Source: Candidatus Methylomirabilia bacterium
Lineage (GTDB): Bacteria > Methylomirabilota > Methylomirabilia > Rokubacteriales > CSP1-6
Direction: 5' to 3'
NCBI GenBank assembly: GCA_041492755.1
Contig: JBGPXN010000056.1
Location: 1 to 26,433, forward strand
DNA length: 26,433 nt
The position numbers were made by a program, and so were the translations under genes. Shown one piece after another: positions 24,797-26,433 of the stretch (its first letter is position 1; each line of letters starts with the position of its first letter). Under the pieces are notes generated by a model. It did no database searches and was not told the DNA's origin. It saw only the letters and a program-made list of their open reading frames with translations.

Positions 24797-26433
24797 ATGG
24801 GGGACACGTCACAGCTCAGCCGCCGTGAGCTCTTGAAGCTGGGTGGTATCGGCGTCGCAGGCGGTGTCGTCGGCGTCCACGTTCTATCCGCCCCGGCCGA
24901 GGCGCAGACGCCGAAGCGCGGCGGGATCTTCCGCATCCGCGGCGAGGATCCGCTCGGCTTCGATCCGCAGCAGACGACGTCCTTCAAGACGATGGTGAAC
25001 CTGTCGTTCACCCACAGCCGGCTCCTGAAGGTGAAGGCCGGCTCGGCGGTCCGTGCGGGCACGACCCCGCTCGAGGGCGACCTCGCCGAGTCGTGGACGC
25101 AGCCGAACGAGACGACCTATGTCTTCAAGCTCCGTCGGGGCGTGCGCTGGCACCCGAAGCCGCCCGTCAACGGCCGCGAGCTGACGGCGGAGGACATCAA
25201 GTACACGTACGACAGGTTTCTCACGGTCAAGGGCAACAACAACCGCGGCGTCCTCGAGCAGATCGACAGGATCGACGCCATCGACCGTCATACCGTCCGC
25301 TTCACGCTCAAGGAGCCGCACGCCTGGTTCCTCGACAACCTGGCCTCGACCTCGACCTGGGTGATCGCCAAGGAGGCGGTGGAACAGTACGGCGATCTGA
25401 AGAAGCCCGAGGCGTGCATCGGAACCGGCCCGTGGATGCTCGAACGCTACGAGCCGAACGTGCGCCTGACCTTCGTACGCAATCCCAATTACTTCCTCCC
25501 GGGGCTGCCGTACGCCGACGGGATCGAGGTGACCATCGACGACGATCCGTCGTCGCGCCTCGCCGCGTGGCTCGCTGGCAGGTACGACTTCGCGCCCGAG
25601 GCCGGTATGGTGGTGCGCCGACTCGACCTGCCGCTGGCGCGCCAGCGCAAACCCGGTCTGCAGACTGGAGACTTCACGACCGTGTTCGGCGGGATCACGT
25701 GGCTGAAGGTCGAGCAGGAGCCCTTCAAGGACCAACGGGTACGGCGCGCGCTCGCCATCGCCGGTAACTGGCGGGAGATCCTCGAGACCAACGCGTGGTC
25801 GCAAGGCCACGGTGTGCCGAACCCGGCGGTCCCGGCCGCCTTCAAGGAATGGGCGATCCCGATCGATCAGCTCACGCCGGAGGGTCGGCGTCTCTACGAG
25901 CACAACCCCGCGGAGGCCAGAAAGCTTCTCGCCGAGTCCGGCCATTCCGGCCTCAAGTTCCCCCTCGAGACGACTTCGGGGTACGGCCCCGACTACCTGG
26001 ACGCCGTCCAGATCGGGCTGAAGAACTGGAAGGCCGCCGGCGTGGACGCTGAGCTGCGGCTCAAGGAGTACGGCGCCTACGTCGCCAGCACGATCTTCGG
26101 CCGGTTCGAGAAAACCGCCGCCGGGCTGTTCGGACTGTGGACGGATCCCGACGCCTACCTGTACCGCTACTACATGCCGGGGCAGATCTTCAACGCGGGG
26201 GGCATCAACGACCCCAAAGTCGTGGACATGATCCGCCTCCAGCGGCGGACCGCCGACGTGCCCAAGCGGCGCGAGATCATCTACGACATCCAGCGCTATC
26301 TCGCGGAGAAGGCGTACATCCTCTACGGCCCCTCCGTGAACGCGGTCGCGGCCTGGGAGCCGTACGTCAAGAACTTCGGGCCGAACTTCGGCCTCGACTA
26401 CGGCGGACGCTTGATGGTCGCCTGGCTCGATCG
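24797..26433 (+). CDS. ABC transporter substrate-binding protein, family 5 (DppA/OppA-like), Tat-exported; runs off the window just before its expected stop
   Basis: AAGGAGG RBS; Tat motif SRRELLK; GDLAESW, FKLRRGVRWH, IGTGPW, RNPNYF, PFKDQRVRRAL; ends GGRLMVAWLD. Absent from the ORF track because there is no stop in the window. Confidence 0.93.
   Translation, partial: MGDTSQLSRRELLKLGGIGVAGGVVGVHVLSAPAEAQTPKRGGIFRIRGEDPLGFDPQQTTSFKTMVNLSFTHSRLLKVKAGSAVRAGTTPLEGDLAESWTQPNETTYVFKLRRGVRWHPKPPVNGRELTAEDIKYTYDRFLTVKGNNNRGVLEQIDRIDAIDRHTVRFTLKEPHAWFLDNLASTSTWVIAKEAVEQYGDLKKPEACIGTGPWMLERYEPNVRLTFVRNPNYFLPGLPYADGIEVTIDDDPSSRLAAWLAGRYDFAPEAGMVVRRLDLPLARQRKPGLQTGDFTTVFGGITWLKVEQEPFKDQRVRRALAIAGNWREILETNAWSQGHGVPNPAVPAAFKEWAIPIDQLTPEGRRLYEHNPAEARKLLAESGHSGLKFPLETTSGYGPDYLDAVQIGLKNWKAAGVDAELRLKEYGAYVASTIFGRFEKTAAGLFGLWTDPDAYLYRYYMPGQIFNAGGINDPKVVDMIRLQRRTADVPKRREIIYDIQRYLAEKAYILYGPSVNAVAAWEPYVKNFGPNFGLDYGGRLMVAWLD

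Overview
High-GC bacterial chromosomal region. Gene style and a Tat-exported family-5 solute-binding protein ending '...AWLD(R)' suggest Candidatus Rokubacteria/Methylomirabilota (inference, not verified). Most genes lie on the minus strand. They include a housekeeping superoperon (yebC-ruvC-ruvA-ruvB-DUF2905-spoIID-queA-tgt-yajC-secD-secF-relA/spoT), a recG-rsmD-coaD-'aspC'-Clp1-like kinase block divergent from rpmB, and a catabolic operon (coxG, Zn-dependent oxidoreductase, acyl-CoA ligase remnant, enoyl-CoA hydratase, LLM oxidoreductase). Three things stand out. (1) An orphan AbiEi-like (type IV antitoxin-like) gene has a near-consensus sigma70 promoter and a palindromic operator. Where its toxin would be expected, two tandem micro-ORFs each carry a strong Shine-Dalgarno site and encode the identical 12-aa peptide MAKKKAAKKKKK, differing only synonymously, followed by terminator hairpins. 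(2) Five clear and up to four possible accessory genes are 'hollowed out', mostly keeping their ends but losing the middle, while all core genes are intact. (3) Palindromic repeat elements occur, one translated inside the N-terminus of the LLM gene. All calls are by eye; no searches were run.
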